64,000 bases of DNA from a virus (taxonomy: Duplodnaviria; Caudoviricetes), in the IMG/VR virus record IMGVR_UViG_3300031992_000033, positions 59,670 through 123,669 of that record, one strand, 5' to 3'. The position numbers were made by a program, and so were the translations under genes. The notes beneath the pieces were generated by a model. That model did not search any database and had not been told where the DNA came from. It saw only the letters and a list, made by a program, of their open reading frames with translations. Shown here one piece after another: positions 19,278-28,686 of the stretch (positions are counted from its first letter, which is position 1; the number at the start of each line of letters is the position of its first letter).

Positions 19278-19306
19278 AGTATATCACACACACAACATAA
19301 TGTAAA
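19278..19306 (-). promoter_or_regulatory. leftward sigmaA-type promoter
   Basis: Minus strand TTTACA-17 nt-TATACT with extended -10 TG. Confidence 0.75.
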
Positions 19307-19499
19307 GGGGGGTATATTTTCGCAAAACATTAACGAGTTTATGCGTATTTTCCTAAAGTTCTTTCACATACACACCACGCACGCTACGCTTGTGCTACAC
19401 CCATGCCCCACGTACACCCCTCCTATTTTGCCCAAGAAGCCCCACTTCATACCCTAGGCGATAAAAATATCGTTCAGCATACTAAACCCACCTTCCTGA

Positions 19500-19890
19500 C
19501 CGCCTAGCGAAGTCACAGGGGCACATGTGCCACGGGGGGGGGTAACACACACCGTAAGGTAACACACAGGGGGGGGTGCATTAGGGGAGGGTGTACACAC
19601 ACTGTCGGGGCACACAAAAAAGCAGTGTATAAGACTAGGCACATATTTCTTGTCAGAGTTTTATACACTACTTATATTCTACCCAATAATATAATATATA
19701 TAATATATAGTAGAGTATATAGTATATAGTGTATAGTATATAGTATAGTATATAGTACTAATAGTATATAGTATATACATAGTAATAGTAATATATAGTA
19801 TAATAGTAATACATATACACATATATATATACATGTATAATAATAATAATAATAATATATAGTAGTATTATAGTAATATATGCATGTATG
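19500..19890. repeat. G-run/CA-repeat tract followed by AT-rich TATAG(TA) repeats; putative origin or genome-end signal
   Basis: G9 (19534-19542), G8 (19569-19576), GGTAACACACA x2, palindrome GGCACATGTGCC and ~200 nt of very AT-rich sequence at the strand switch. Confidence 0.6.
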
Positions 19891-19911
19891 CTAAAAAACT
19901 TATACTACTTC

Positions 19912-19940
19912 TTGACATCCAGCGAAAAGTGTGGTAATAT
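19912..19940 (+). promoter_or_regulatory. rightward sigmaA-type promoter
   Basis: TTGACA-17 nt-TAATAT with extended -10 TG, then AGGAGG RBS. Confidence 0.75.
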
Positions 19941-19960
19941 ATGCTCAGGAGGTTTAATAT

Positions 19961-20524
19961 ATGAGTAAGATGATAATCGACAGGGAACTGTTGGAGTCGC
20001 CCCTGACTGGCATAGAGTTTGCGGCGTATTTGTCGGCGGCAGATCTGGGCACAGTGTGGCGCGACAATATAGTGTTGTGCGACATAAGCATCTATTATAA
20101 TATGACGGGCAAGATGCCCAATCCCAAACAGAGAGTAGACTTAAATGAGGCACTGCTAGAACTCATCGGGGAAGGGTATCTGGTTGCGGAGGTAGTTACC
20201 CGTGGCGTATACTTAATAGATTGTAAGAAGTCTTTTCTGTACGACCTAGATCAACTACCTCGTGGCGGCACGACAATAATATTCGATAATGTGCGCAAGA
20301 TAATAGCCAGCGACAAATACTGGCAAGGCATGTTGCGCTACTATTTAATGCTGGTGTCGCACCAAAGGAATGGCAAGGCATGCGCATTTAGCCGCCAGTA
20401 TTTCTCCCAGAAACTAGGCATATGCGAATTGACGCTTTCAAAATACAATACGAAACTCAAAGAACTGGGGGTAATAGATGTGGTGCGGCGCAAGAACAGT
20501 ACAAGTATTTACAAAATCACTTGA
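19961..20524 (+). CDS. winged-HTH DNA-binding protein (replication initiator-like)
   Basis: C-terminal SRQYFSQKLGICELTLSKYNTKLKELGVIDV wHTH pattern; adjacent to origin-like tract. Confidence 0.6.
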   Translation: MSKMIIDRELLESPLTGIEFAAYLSAADLGTVWRDNIVLCDISIYYNMTGKMPNPKQRVDLNEALLELIGEGYLVAEVVTRGVYLIDCKKSFLYDLDQLPRGGTTIIFDNVRKIIASDKYWQGMLRYYLMLVSHQRNGKACAFSRQYFSQKLGICELTLSKYNTKLKELGVIDVVRRKNSTSIYKIT

Positions 20525-20549
20525 CAAATGCGGCATTTTGTGATATTAT
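20521..20549 (+). promoter_or_regulatory. sigmaA-type promoter
   Basis: TTGACA-17 nt-TATTAT with extended -10 TG. Confidence 0.75.
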
Positions 20550-20597
20550 ACAATTGATGGCGGGCATGGTGCTCGCCTTATTTGAAAGGAGAGTGGC

Positions 20598-21233
20598 TTG
20601 AAAAAGCGCGGCATTTTTCTGGCGCAGATACTGCCAACAGTATTGACGCTAATCATTTTCTTAAATCTTATTACAATATGTCATAACTGGCGAGTAGAGG
20701 AGCAGCAGTACGAAGCAACTATTGCGGAATACGAAACCAAGTTGGCTGAGGCTGAGGCATCGCGGGATGAGGCATATTCGTTGCTCGAAGATACAAGAGA
20801 GCAGTTGGTGGACGCACACGTTCGCATTGACGAGTTGGTGGCGTTAACCGAAATGCTCGAAGACGTACAGTCATATTTTGGAAACAATCCCATAAACCTA
20901 ACAAAGGAAGAAGAGATGGAACTTAAACTGCTGGCTCAGGCAGAAGGCGAGTCCGAAGGCGTTATCGGAAAGGCACTTATTATGTGCACAGTATTTAATC
21001 GCATGGGCGAAGGAGACACAGTACATTCTATTGTGTTTAGCGGTGCTTATAATGTGACGGCTGAGGGTGGCAGATATTACACAGTGACCCCAGACGAGGA
21101 ATGTGAGATCGCGTTGCTTATGGTGGCGGCTGGCTGGGATGGCTCACAGGGTGCAAAGTATTTTTGTGCGGGCGGATATTCCGCCTACGGAGAGCCACTG
21201 TTTAGATACAAGGGGCACTGGTTTTCGAGATGA
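20598..21233 (+). CDS. SleB-like cell wall hydrolase (Hydrolase_2) with N-terminal TM and coiled coil
   Basis: LAQAEGESEG..GK...TVFNR and C-terminal GHWF motifs. Confidence 0.75.
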   Translation: MKKRGIFLAQILPTVLTLIIFLNLITICHNWRVEEQQYEATIAEYETKLAEAEASRDEAYSLLEDTREQLVDAHVRIDELVALTEMLEDVQSYFGNNPINLTKEEEMELKLLAQAEGESEGVIGKALIMCTVFNRMGEGDTVHSIVFSGAYNVTAEGGRYYTVTPDEECEIALLMVAAGWDGSQGAKYFCAGGYSAYGEPLFRYKGHWFSR

Positions 21234-21427
21234 GAAAAATACTGGATACATTTTTTATGATAGCCTGTGCAATAACAATAATATGTATGTTTCTTACTAT
21301 ATTTGATCCTTACGGAGAATGGTTGATTCATAAATTGTTATCACTTATAGGTATAAGTATATTAGTTCCAATTACAGCATTAAATCTTATTTACTGGAAG
21401 GGAATGCCAGATGAGAACAATAACTAA
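21230..21427 (+). CDS. small two-TM membrane protein
   Basis: Two hydrophobic segments; ATGA coupling to the hydrolase gene. Confidence 0.6.
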   Translation: MRKILDTFFMIACAITIICMFLTIFDPYGEWLIHKLLSLIGISILVPITALNLIYWKGMPDENNN

Positions 21428-22373
21428 AACACATACGGGAATGATCGTTTCTGATGATGAATTAAAGTTGGAATATCTTTATGTCGGAGATTACGGCAAG
21501 GAAAATAATATAAAGGCAGACTTTCTCGGTTATACAAAAAGAATCGAAAAGGTTGAGCATAAGGATGTAGATATAACGGATAAACTTGTTGTAACTGTAT
21601 CTTCACAAAAAGGATGTCCAATGGCTTGTGATTTTTGTGATTGCCCTAAGTATGGTTTTCACGGAAATTGTTCAGTCGTTGAACTTATCTCGGAGATTAC
21701 AACTGGAATAGCATTGTCTGGAATTAAACATGGGAAGAGACTCAATGTTCACTTTGCTCGTATGGGAGAACCTACATTTAACCGTGATGTAATCAAGGCT
21801 GCTGTGACCATAGCGACCATGATAGATTCTGGTAACACTGTAAGTTTCGATGAATATCATCCAGTAGTATCTACTATGATGCCCAAAGGTAATAATAATC
21901 TTGAGGACTTTTTACAGGAATGGGTTAAGTGTGGTAAAATATACGGGGGAGAGGACGGCTTTGGACTTCAGTTCTCTATCAATACCCTCAATGAAGCAGA
22001 CAGAAATCAAATGTTTCGAAACAGATCTCTTTCCTTGAGTGAGATAAGCAATATTATCAAGAAACTTCCCGCTCCCGCAAAAAGAAAGTATACGCTTAAT
22101 TTTGCGGTAACAAGTAAAAGCGACTTAAATCCTGTCCTTATGGATCAGTTATTTGATAAAGAAAAGTGTATTGTTAAGATTACACCTATTCATGAAACTC
22201 ATGAAGCCTTGAATCAGGGATATGAAATTGTCAAAGACTTTGATGTTTACGAAAAGTTCGAAAGACCTCTTGTGGAGGCTGGATGGGAAGTTATCGTATT
22301 TGTACCATCCGAAGAGGAAGATAAGGATAGAATTACTTGCGGGAATTCACTGATAGCAAAAGCCTCTAAGTAA
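21411..22373 (+). CDS. RlmN/Cfr-like radical SAM methyltransferase
   Basis: VSSQKGCPMACDFC (CxxxCxxC), RMGEP, LQFSIN and C-terminal TCGN motifs. Confidence 0.8.
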   Translation: MRTITKTHTGMIVSDDELKLEYLYVGDYGKENNIKADFLGYTKRIEKVEHKDVDITDKLVVTVSSQKGCPMACDFCDCPKYGFHGNCSVVELISEITTGIALSGIKHGKRLNVHFARMGEPTFNRDVIKAAVTIATMIDSGNTVSFDEYHPVVSTMMPKGNNNLEDFLQEWVKCGKIYGGEDGFGLQFSINTLNEADRNQMFRNRSLSLSEISNIIKKLPAPAKRKYTLNFAVTSKSDLNPVLMDQLFDKEKCIVKITPIHETHEALNQGYEIVKDFDVYEKFERPLVEAGWEVIVFVPSEEEDKDRITCGNSLIAKASK

Positions 22374-22397
22374 GATATCACGTAGATTTAATTCACA

Positions 22398-22580
22398 TTG
22401 GAAAGGTTTGAAATGAAGACTGAAGAAATTTTAAATAAAATAAGCATAGCACTATTGGCGGCGGGGATTGTAATGTTGTCCGTTCCAATAGATTGTCGAG
22501 TGCCATGTAGAGGTGTCCTTATTATACTTTGTGTGTTGGAGATTATCAATTTTATAAATAACTTAAAAGGAGAAAATTAA
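22398..22580 (+). CDS. small membrane protein
   Basis: Two hydrophobic segments. Confidence 0.5.
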   Translation: MERFEMKTEEILNKISIALLAAGIVMLSVPIDCRVPCRGVLIILCVLEIINFINNLKGEN

Positions 22581-22583
22581 ATA

Positions 22584-22835
22584 ATGCGTGAATGTTGTGT
22601 GTGTGGCAAAAAGGTGACAAGCGGAACTGGTTATGTGGTAATGGGTTATGCTTACCATAACGAGTGTTTTCCATTTAAGAGTTGCGACGAAAAAGATCGT
22701 TGCCATTATTGCCACAAAATTTTGCGCAAGGGCGATACCATAGTAACGCTGGGAGATTTGGGAGCGGGAGGCAGAAGTGATAGAGTATGTGTTAAATGCG
22801 CCAATAAGCATTTTGCTGAGAGCGGTACTAACTAA
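22584..22835 (+). CDS. double zinc-finger (LIM-like) protein
   Basis: CxxC..HxxC..CxxC..CxxC; AAAGGAG RBS. Confidence 0.65.
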   Translation: MRECCVCGKKVTSGTGYVVMGYAYHNECFPFKSCDEKDRCHYCHKILRKGDTIVTLGDLGAGGRSDRVCVKCANKHFAESGTN

Positions 22836-22996
22836 ATACACGCATCCAAAAATGTTGTGCGACATGTGTTTGCGCGAAGGGAGATGTGTACCCGCTACGC
22901 ATATATTCCCAATAAAGACAACTCGATATTACTTTGTTTGCGACAAACATTATGCCTTTTTAAATTTTACAGGAGGGAGAACGGAGGAAAAATACT

Positions 22997-23293
22997 ATGA
23001 ACGAAAAGATGGCTGAACTTGGGTTCTACAAAAACTCTTCAGGCGAGTACGTGCTGATCAAGTCAATGAGTACCGAACATATTGCGAACACAATATCTAA
23101 GATCAAACGAACGGGTGAGAAGACTGAATTCCTTCAGGCACTCGAAGAGGAATATGTACTCAGAAAGGGAAGTTCTGATTTTGATAAGATCATTGCTCGG
23201 CAGAACGAGTACATTGAAAAGTTGAGACAAGATTATAATGATCTTATTTCAAATATGGCAAACATAATTAATGCAACAAAGAAAAATGTGTAA
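22997..23293 (+). CDS. hypothetical coiled-coil protein
   Basis: GGAGG RBS; I..MST.HI.N motif. Confidence 0.7.
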   Translation: MNEKMAELGFYKNSSGEYVLIKSMSTEHIANTISKIKRTGEKTEFLQALEEEYVLRKGSSDFDKIIARQNEYIEKLRQDYNDLISNMANIINATKKNV

Positions 23294-23306
23294 TGGAGGA
23301 AAGAAA

Positions 23307-23672
23307 ATGGAAACAAAGACAAAGACATTTTATGAACTTATGGAGGAACTTGGTTGCGACAAGTACTACGTGGTAGAGATCGACGGCACTGACGATGGGG
23401 CTGAATATACCATTGCCCCTGATGAAGTAAGCGACAGCCTTGGTAATTGTAATGTAATGGACTACACACACGTAAGCAAGTCGTTCGCCGTAGTATACGT
23501 TGACGTAACCGACGAGGATGAGGATGAGGTTGAAGATGATGACGATGCTTTTCTCGCTGAAAATGTTGCAAAGGTCATCGAGGAATACATAAGAAATAGT
23601 AATGGGGATGTTAAACTCGTTGTTGGTATCTTCCCCAGCGAAGGATTTTTTACCATTGCGAAGGTAAACTAA
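23307..23672 (+). CDS. acidic hypothetical protein
   Basis: GGAGG RBS before ATG 23307. Confidence 0.7.
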   Translation: METKTKTFYELMEELGCDKYYVVEIDGTDDGAEYTIAPDEVSDSLGNCNVMDYTHVSKSFAVVYVDVTDEDEDEVEDDDDAFLAENVAKVIEEYIRNSNGDVKLVVGIFPSEGFFTIAKVN

Positions 23673-23684
23673 AATTGAAGGGAA

Positions 23685-26558
23685 GTGATAACGCTGGGTA
23701 ATTATGGCTACAAGATCAACAATTACGAAGCGGGTTCAATTTATGAGGTTGACTGCGGCGTAAGAAAGAAATATGATACCAAACCAGCGATGCTAACCAA
23801 TTCGTTATTCTTAGACTTCTTAAAGGCAAATGGTCTGACCACGAAGAACGATAAGTTTACGCGGGATATCATTTGCCTAAACTTTAATTACGGGAGTCGC
23901 ACATACGATAACGAAATGGCGCGAATAGATGTAGCGCTGGCGGAAAGCCCCGACAATGAATACCTTAAAGCACTTAAGGCAGAGTGCGAGGCTAACAAGG
24001 ACAAGTTTGATTGTAAGAGCGCGGATGAAATCCGCCTCAAGTATTACCAAGATGGTGTTACGATCCATTATAAGAACGGAGATGTAAAATATAAATACTT
24101 GTACCGCACGGCTGGTAAAGCCAAGGTGGGGTCATGTATGTTTATCAAGCAAAGCCTGTATAAAAAGGCTCATAACTTTCTTTATATGGGACTTAGTCTT
24201 CCAAAACACGATGCCCCCATAACGGAGTTTGGTGCGTATACATCTCTTGTAACATCAACAATTATAGACAAGGTCGAGATAAATCCAGAAGACATAGTAA
24301 TATTAAAAGACGTAAGGTCGGAATTCAAAACCAATGTGGTGAGCGTCGAGGTAGAGAATGGTAAGTGCAAGGCGGTGTACCGCAGAGACTACACGTTGGG
24401 TTGCGATATGTTCGACGGACAGGCGCTGATCGACTTGTCAATATGTCCCGAATGGACAAATGGCTATGTGCTGTTGCGACATCATTTCACAAAAGCGGCG
24501 GCATTTGCCACAGATATACAAGGCTTTCTCAAAGACCATTTTGGTCAGGAATATGATACGGCTTATCTGACGGATATGTGGGGTAATAAACATTTAGCCA
24601 AGAACGTGAAGGTAATTACCACCAATAATGCCTGTAAGTGGATTAAGTACGACGTACCCTATGAGACATGGTGTGACAAGGTGCGGGAGAACGGATCAAT
24701 GTTCGGCATTGTAAAGACGGCACACCCAAGCAAGTATGGAGACTACCAGAGAATGTCATACCAAATGGTGAACGCCCTAAGCAATGAAACCATAGATGAG
24801 GTTGCGTCGCCAACAAAGGATTATGTAAAGGCACTCAAGACCGATTTAAATACATATCTGGAATTTCTGAGAAGAAACGCCAACTTCTCAAACGACTATG
24901 AGGCACTGTTGGCAATATGGACTCAGGATCATACGTTTGAACAAAGTGAGTACTTTCGTGAGAGAAAGCAAAAGATCATATACGACTACACTACAAGCGT
25001 AAAGACTGGCAAGTTGTTACAGAACGCGGACAATCTTGTAATATGCGGAAGTCCATACGCAATGCTATTACATTCAGTCGGTATAGACGTAAGCAAAGAT
25101 CCTACGTTTGAAGTAGAGGATGATGCAATACAATGTTACTCGGAAAGATTTGAGGACGGGGAATACTTAGCAGAGTTTCGAAATCCGTTTAACTCTCAAA
25201 ACAATTTGGGCTATTTGCATAATCATTTGCATCCGCTGATTAAAAAGTATTTTAGATTAGGCAAGTTGTGTATAGCGGTTAATCTACAAGGAACAAGTTT
25301 CTGTGACAGAAACAATGGCTTAACAAACTGGGCTAGCGTACAGAAATGTGCGTGATAAACACTTGGTGAAAATTGGAAGGCTAAGTATATGATTAATTTC
25401 CAAGTCAATTTTGGAAAGGACACTTATTGTTAAAAGAAAATCTTGGAAAAATATTTAATCATATATACGCTAATCAATTACGAAGCCTGTATTGCCAATA
25501 ATAACTACAGGAACGTTTAACGACTAGGTGGTGAGTAGGCAGCAATAATCCACCCACGAGCGCCGAGCACCTGAACAGATAATGCTGAAGGTGATGAGAT
25601 AGTCTGACCTTATAGGAAACTATAAGAAATATCAGATAAAGAACTGATATGATAACATAATGCAGATCAAGACAGCGACTCAATATACACGACTAACGCG
25701 CCAGCGATAGTCGAACATGCGAAGTATTGTTATAAGGTTTATCCAACGATAGTAAATAATATACCGCAGAGTAAAAAGAAATATGATTCAGACATGGCAT
25801 CCTTTGCGGCAATGGATAATGCACTAAGCGCTAGCCAGAGAAATATTGGTGAATCAAGTAATCTGGCTCAGGTGTGCTTAACATATACGTACAATTTTAA
25901 AGATCAGAAGTTTAAAGACTATGCCTGTATTTTGGCAGTGCTTGCTCAAGCAGCAATAGATAGTAGCAAACGTACGTTCTCTATAGACATAACAAATGAA
26001 ATAAAGCGCATACGCGAAGATATGGGGATTAAGGACAATAAGTATCCACCATTTTGGCAACAGATCCGTAAGGGCTTTCCTGTAAACAGAGTTAATTTTA
26101 AACTTGACTCCCCCATGTGTAGACTTTACAAAATGGATTTTGAATCCTACAAACCAAAAACCGAGACATTGCCAACGTCAACATTCTTTGAGAAGTATCC
26201 GTTGGATATGACCAAGAAGATGTCGCGCAATGTAGAAGACTTAATACAGAAGTATCAACTGGAATTGCTAGATAGCAGAATAGAAAAAGAAGATAGCGAG
26301 AATAATTCGGAGACATTTTTACTTTTAAGAGAAGACTTCGATCAACTCGTAAATGATATAAGGCGCATAGCCCTCCCCAGTAAATATGTTGGATTGTTTA
26401 GTTGGTTAATTGACAGGGCTTTTAGAATGACGCCACAACTTGAACAGCAAACCGCTGGGTTAAAAAGCAAACTAAATAAGAATAGAGCAATCTTATTAAG
26501 GGTTTTATATGAGGTGAACCCCGAAGCATTACTCAAATGCTTCTCCAAAAATCTGTAA
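23685..26558 (+). CDS. yonO: YonO-like single-subunit DNA-dependent RNA polymerase (RdRP-related); exons 23685-25320 and 25663-26558, 843 aa when spliced
   Basis: RTAGKAKVG, FDGQ, LRHHF.K and FRNP motifs; splicing restores NNGSDQDSD catalytic motif in frame; lies upstream of the morphogenesis genes as in SPbeta. Confidence 0.85.
25321..25662 (+). ncRNA. group I intron (no homing endonuclease)
   Basis: 5' exon ends in U with P1 UGGCU/GGCUA; P3 CTTGGTG/CGCCGAG; P7 GACTA/TAGTC; P9 CTTATAG-GAAA-CTATAAG; terminal G at 25662. Confidence 0.9.
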
Positions 26559-26704
26559 AAATAGTGTTTTTTCAGACCCCCCTCACTACATTTTGTAGTA
26601 TAGAACCCGCATGAATACTGGAACTTGGTCATTTCCGAAAAATGACTATATGAAGAGGGTGGCACTTGTGTCGCCCTCTAAAGAATAAAACGGAGGAAAA
26701 TGAA

Positions 26705-27337
26705 ATGAAAATTAAAGATAAACTTGTTGACCTATCTTCGCTGATTGATAGCGACGAGGTAGGAACTTGGGAAAAACAACAGGCTGGATTTTTGCAGAAC
26801 AGGATTATTGTCTTCGATAACCTTGTAGACGAGGCGGCAATCAGAGACGTGTCCGCTTGGATCTTACAGTGGAATATGGAGGACACCTATCTTGCAAAGA
26901 AAGACAGAGCGCCAATAACTCTTATTATACATAGTTGTGGCGGAGATATGTATGTTGCGGGAAACATAATGGATATAATCAAGGCATCTGAAACGCCAGT
27001 TAGGGCGATTGGACTTGGACTTATTGCATCGGCATCATACTTGATCTATCTGGCTGCACACGAGAGATATGCGTTTACTAACTCTATCTTTTTACAGCAT
27101 GACGGAGGCATTGATCTGTCAAACTCAAATAACAAGGCAAAGGATACTATGAAGTTCTTTGACTTAATGAATGACAGGATCAAGCAGTTTATACTTGACA
27201 ATACCATTATGACCGAAGAACAGTACGATTCAAACATTGATCGCGAATGGTATATGTATGCGGATCAGGCAAAGGAACTTGGAATCGTCCACAAGATCAT
27301 AGGTGAAGATATAACTTTAAAACAGATTTTCAAATAA
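26705..27337 (+). CDS. clpP: ClpP-family protease
   Basis: IIHSCGGD, GLIASASYLI (catalytic Ser), FLQH (catalytic His) and A.ELGIV motifs. Confidence 0.85.
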   Translation: MKIKDKLVDLSSLIDSDEVGTWEKQQAGFLQNRIIVFDNLVDEAAIRDVSAWILQWNMEDTYLAKKDRAPITLIIHSCGGDMYVAGNIMDIIKASETPVRAIGLGLIASASYLIYLAAHERYAFTNSIFLQHDGGIDLSNSNNKAKDTMKFFDLMNDRIKQFILDNTIMTEEQYDSNIDREWYMYADQAKELGIVHKIIGEDITLKQIFK

Positions 27338-28537
27338 TTGGAGGAATTAATGGAAATAATGGAGATGCTTCAGGAGTTTGATATTTCTGAAGAAGAATAC
27401 GAGAAGTGTCTTTCCGATATTACAGATAAACTCGATGGTGTTTCTGATCTCGAATGGGAAGATATTAAAACAAAATACAACTTGCCCTATAATACTGACG
27501 TACTTAGAAAAGCAAATGGCACAATTTTTGGTGGCTATTGGGTTAAGAAGTTTCTTTCCAGAAAGAATAAAAATCTTGACAACAATGCGATAATTGACAT
27601 CCGAAAGGAGAAGCAGAAACTCTTTGACGAGAGGGCTGCCATCATGAAGATTAAGCGCGAAGAGGCAAGGTTTGAAGAAGATTTCTCAAAGATGTGTAAT
27701 CTGATTGCTGAGACTGGCAAAGAAAAGTATAAGCCAGTGGCGGTTAAAAATATCGCTGGAGATACTGACCTTATTGTATGCTTATCGGATCTCCATATTG
27801 GACAGGACATTAATTCCTGTGGCGGTGTTTATAATTCAGATATTGCCAAAAAAAGGCTCGATGATTACTTTGAAGAGATCGTTAGAATAGGCAGAAGAAA
27901 TGCGTCTCAGGATGTATATGTGCTTTGTCTTGGAGATAGTCTTTCTGGCAACATACACGTTACTACTCAACTTGAGAATAGAGAAAATGTGGTTGAGCAA
28001 ATTGTTAAGGCTTCAGAACTTGTGTCTGAATTTATATTTAAACTTAGCGAAGAGTTTAATCATGTATATATTAATAGTGTAAGTGGTAATCATTCTCGCG
28101 TAGGACTTAAGGATAATGTTCTTAGAGGAGAAAGGCTTGACGACCTTATTCCTTGGTACGCTAAGGCAAAACTTGGTCATATCAAAAACATTACATTCAT
28201 TGATAGTTCCGACAACTTTGATTCCACTATAGGCAAGATTATAGTACGTGGTAAGGAGTACTGGCTGGTACATGGCGACTATGATAGTTTTGATCAGAAC
28301 GGCATATCAAAGTTGGTGCTCATGATTGGACATAAACCTTCTGGTATATTCTACGGACATTTACATTCAAATGCATATCAGAGTATTAATGATATCGAAA
28401 TAATCCGTAGTGGTTCTTTATGCGGTACAGGAGATGATTATACGATGAGTAAGCGTATACAGGGATCTCCCTCTCAAATGGTTGTAGTCGTGGATGAGAG
28501 GGGCGTTGCGTCCTTCAATCCCGTTACTTTTAATTGA
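27338..28537 (+). CDS. calcineurin-like metallophosphoesterase
   Basis: DLHIG, LGD, SGNH, HGD and GHLH motifs. Confidence 0.8.
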   Translation: MEELMEIMEMLQEFDISEEEYEKCLSDITDKLDGVSDLEWEDIKTKYNLPYNTDVLRKANGTIFGGYWVKKFLSRKNKNLDNNAIIDIRKEKQKLFDERAAIMKIKREEARFEEDFSKMCNLIAETGKEKYKPVAVKNIAGDTDLIVCLSDLHIGQDINSCGGVYNSDIAKKRLDDYFEEIVRIGRRNASQDVYVLCLGDSLSGNIHVTTQLENRENVVEQIVKASELVSEFIFKLSEEFNHVYINSVSGNHSRVGLKDNVLRGERLDDLIPWYAKAKLGHIKNITFIDSSDNFDSTIGKIIVRGKEYWLVHGDYDSFDQNGISKLVLMIGHKPSGIFYGHLHSNAYQSINDIEIIRSGSLCGTGDDYTMSKRIQGSPSQMVVVVDERGVASFNPVTFN

Positions 28538-28599
28538 TCATTTTTCTTTCCGTTAGCGTTCCTTTCACTGCTGTCCTAGCGGTGGAGGGGGCGCAATCT

Positions 28600-28668
28600 G
28601 GGGCTGGCGGCAGAGGCGTTATTCTGATAACGCGCCAATTTTTACAGGTTCAACTCCTGTTAGCCCTA
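28600..28668 (+). ncRNA. tRNA-like element lacking a D arm
   Basis: Acceptor stem GGGGCTG/TAGCCCT, T arm ACAGG-TTCAACT-CCTGT, central hairpin GCGTTAT/ATAACGC. Confidence 0.45.
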
Positions 28669-28686
28669 TTATTAATATTGCAGTTT

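Noticed and set aside
23685-26558. Reading the polymerase as two genes, a pseudogene or a readthrough product
   Set aside because: The gap has a full group I intron fold, and precise excision restores the catalytic motif.
28600-28668. Canonical tRNA-Ile or tmRNA
   Set aside because: No D arm and no proper 5-bp stem with 7-nt anticodon loop; no G3-U70 pair and no tag-reading frame.
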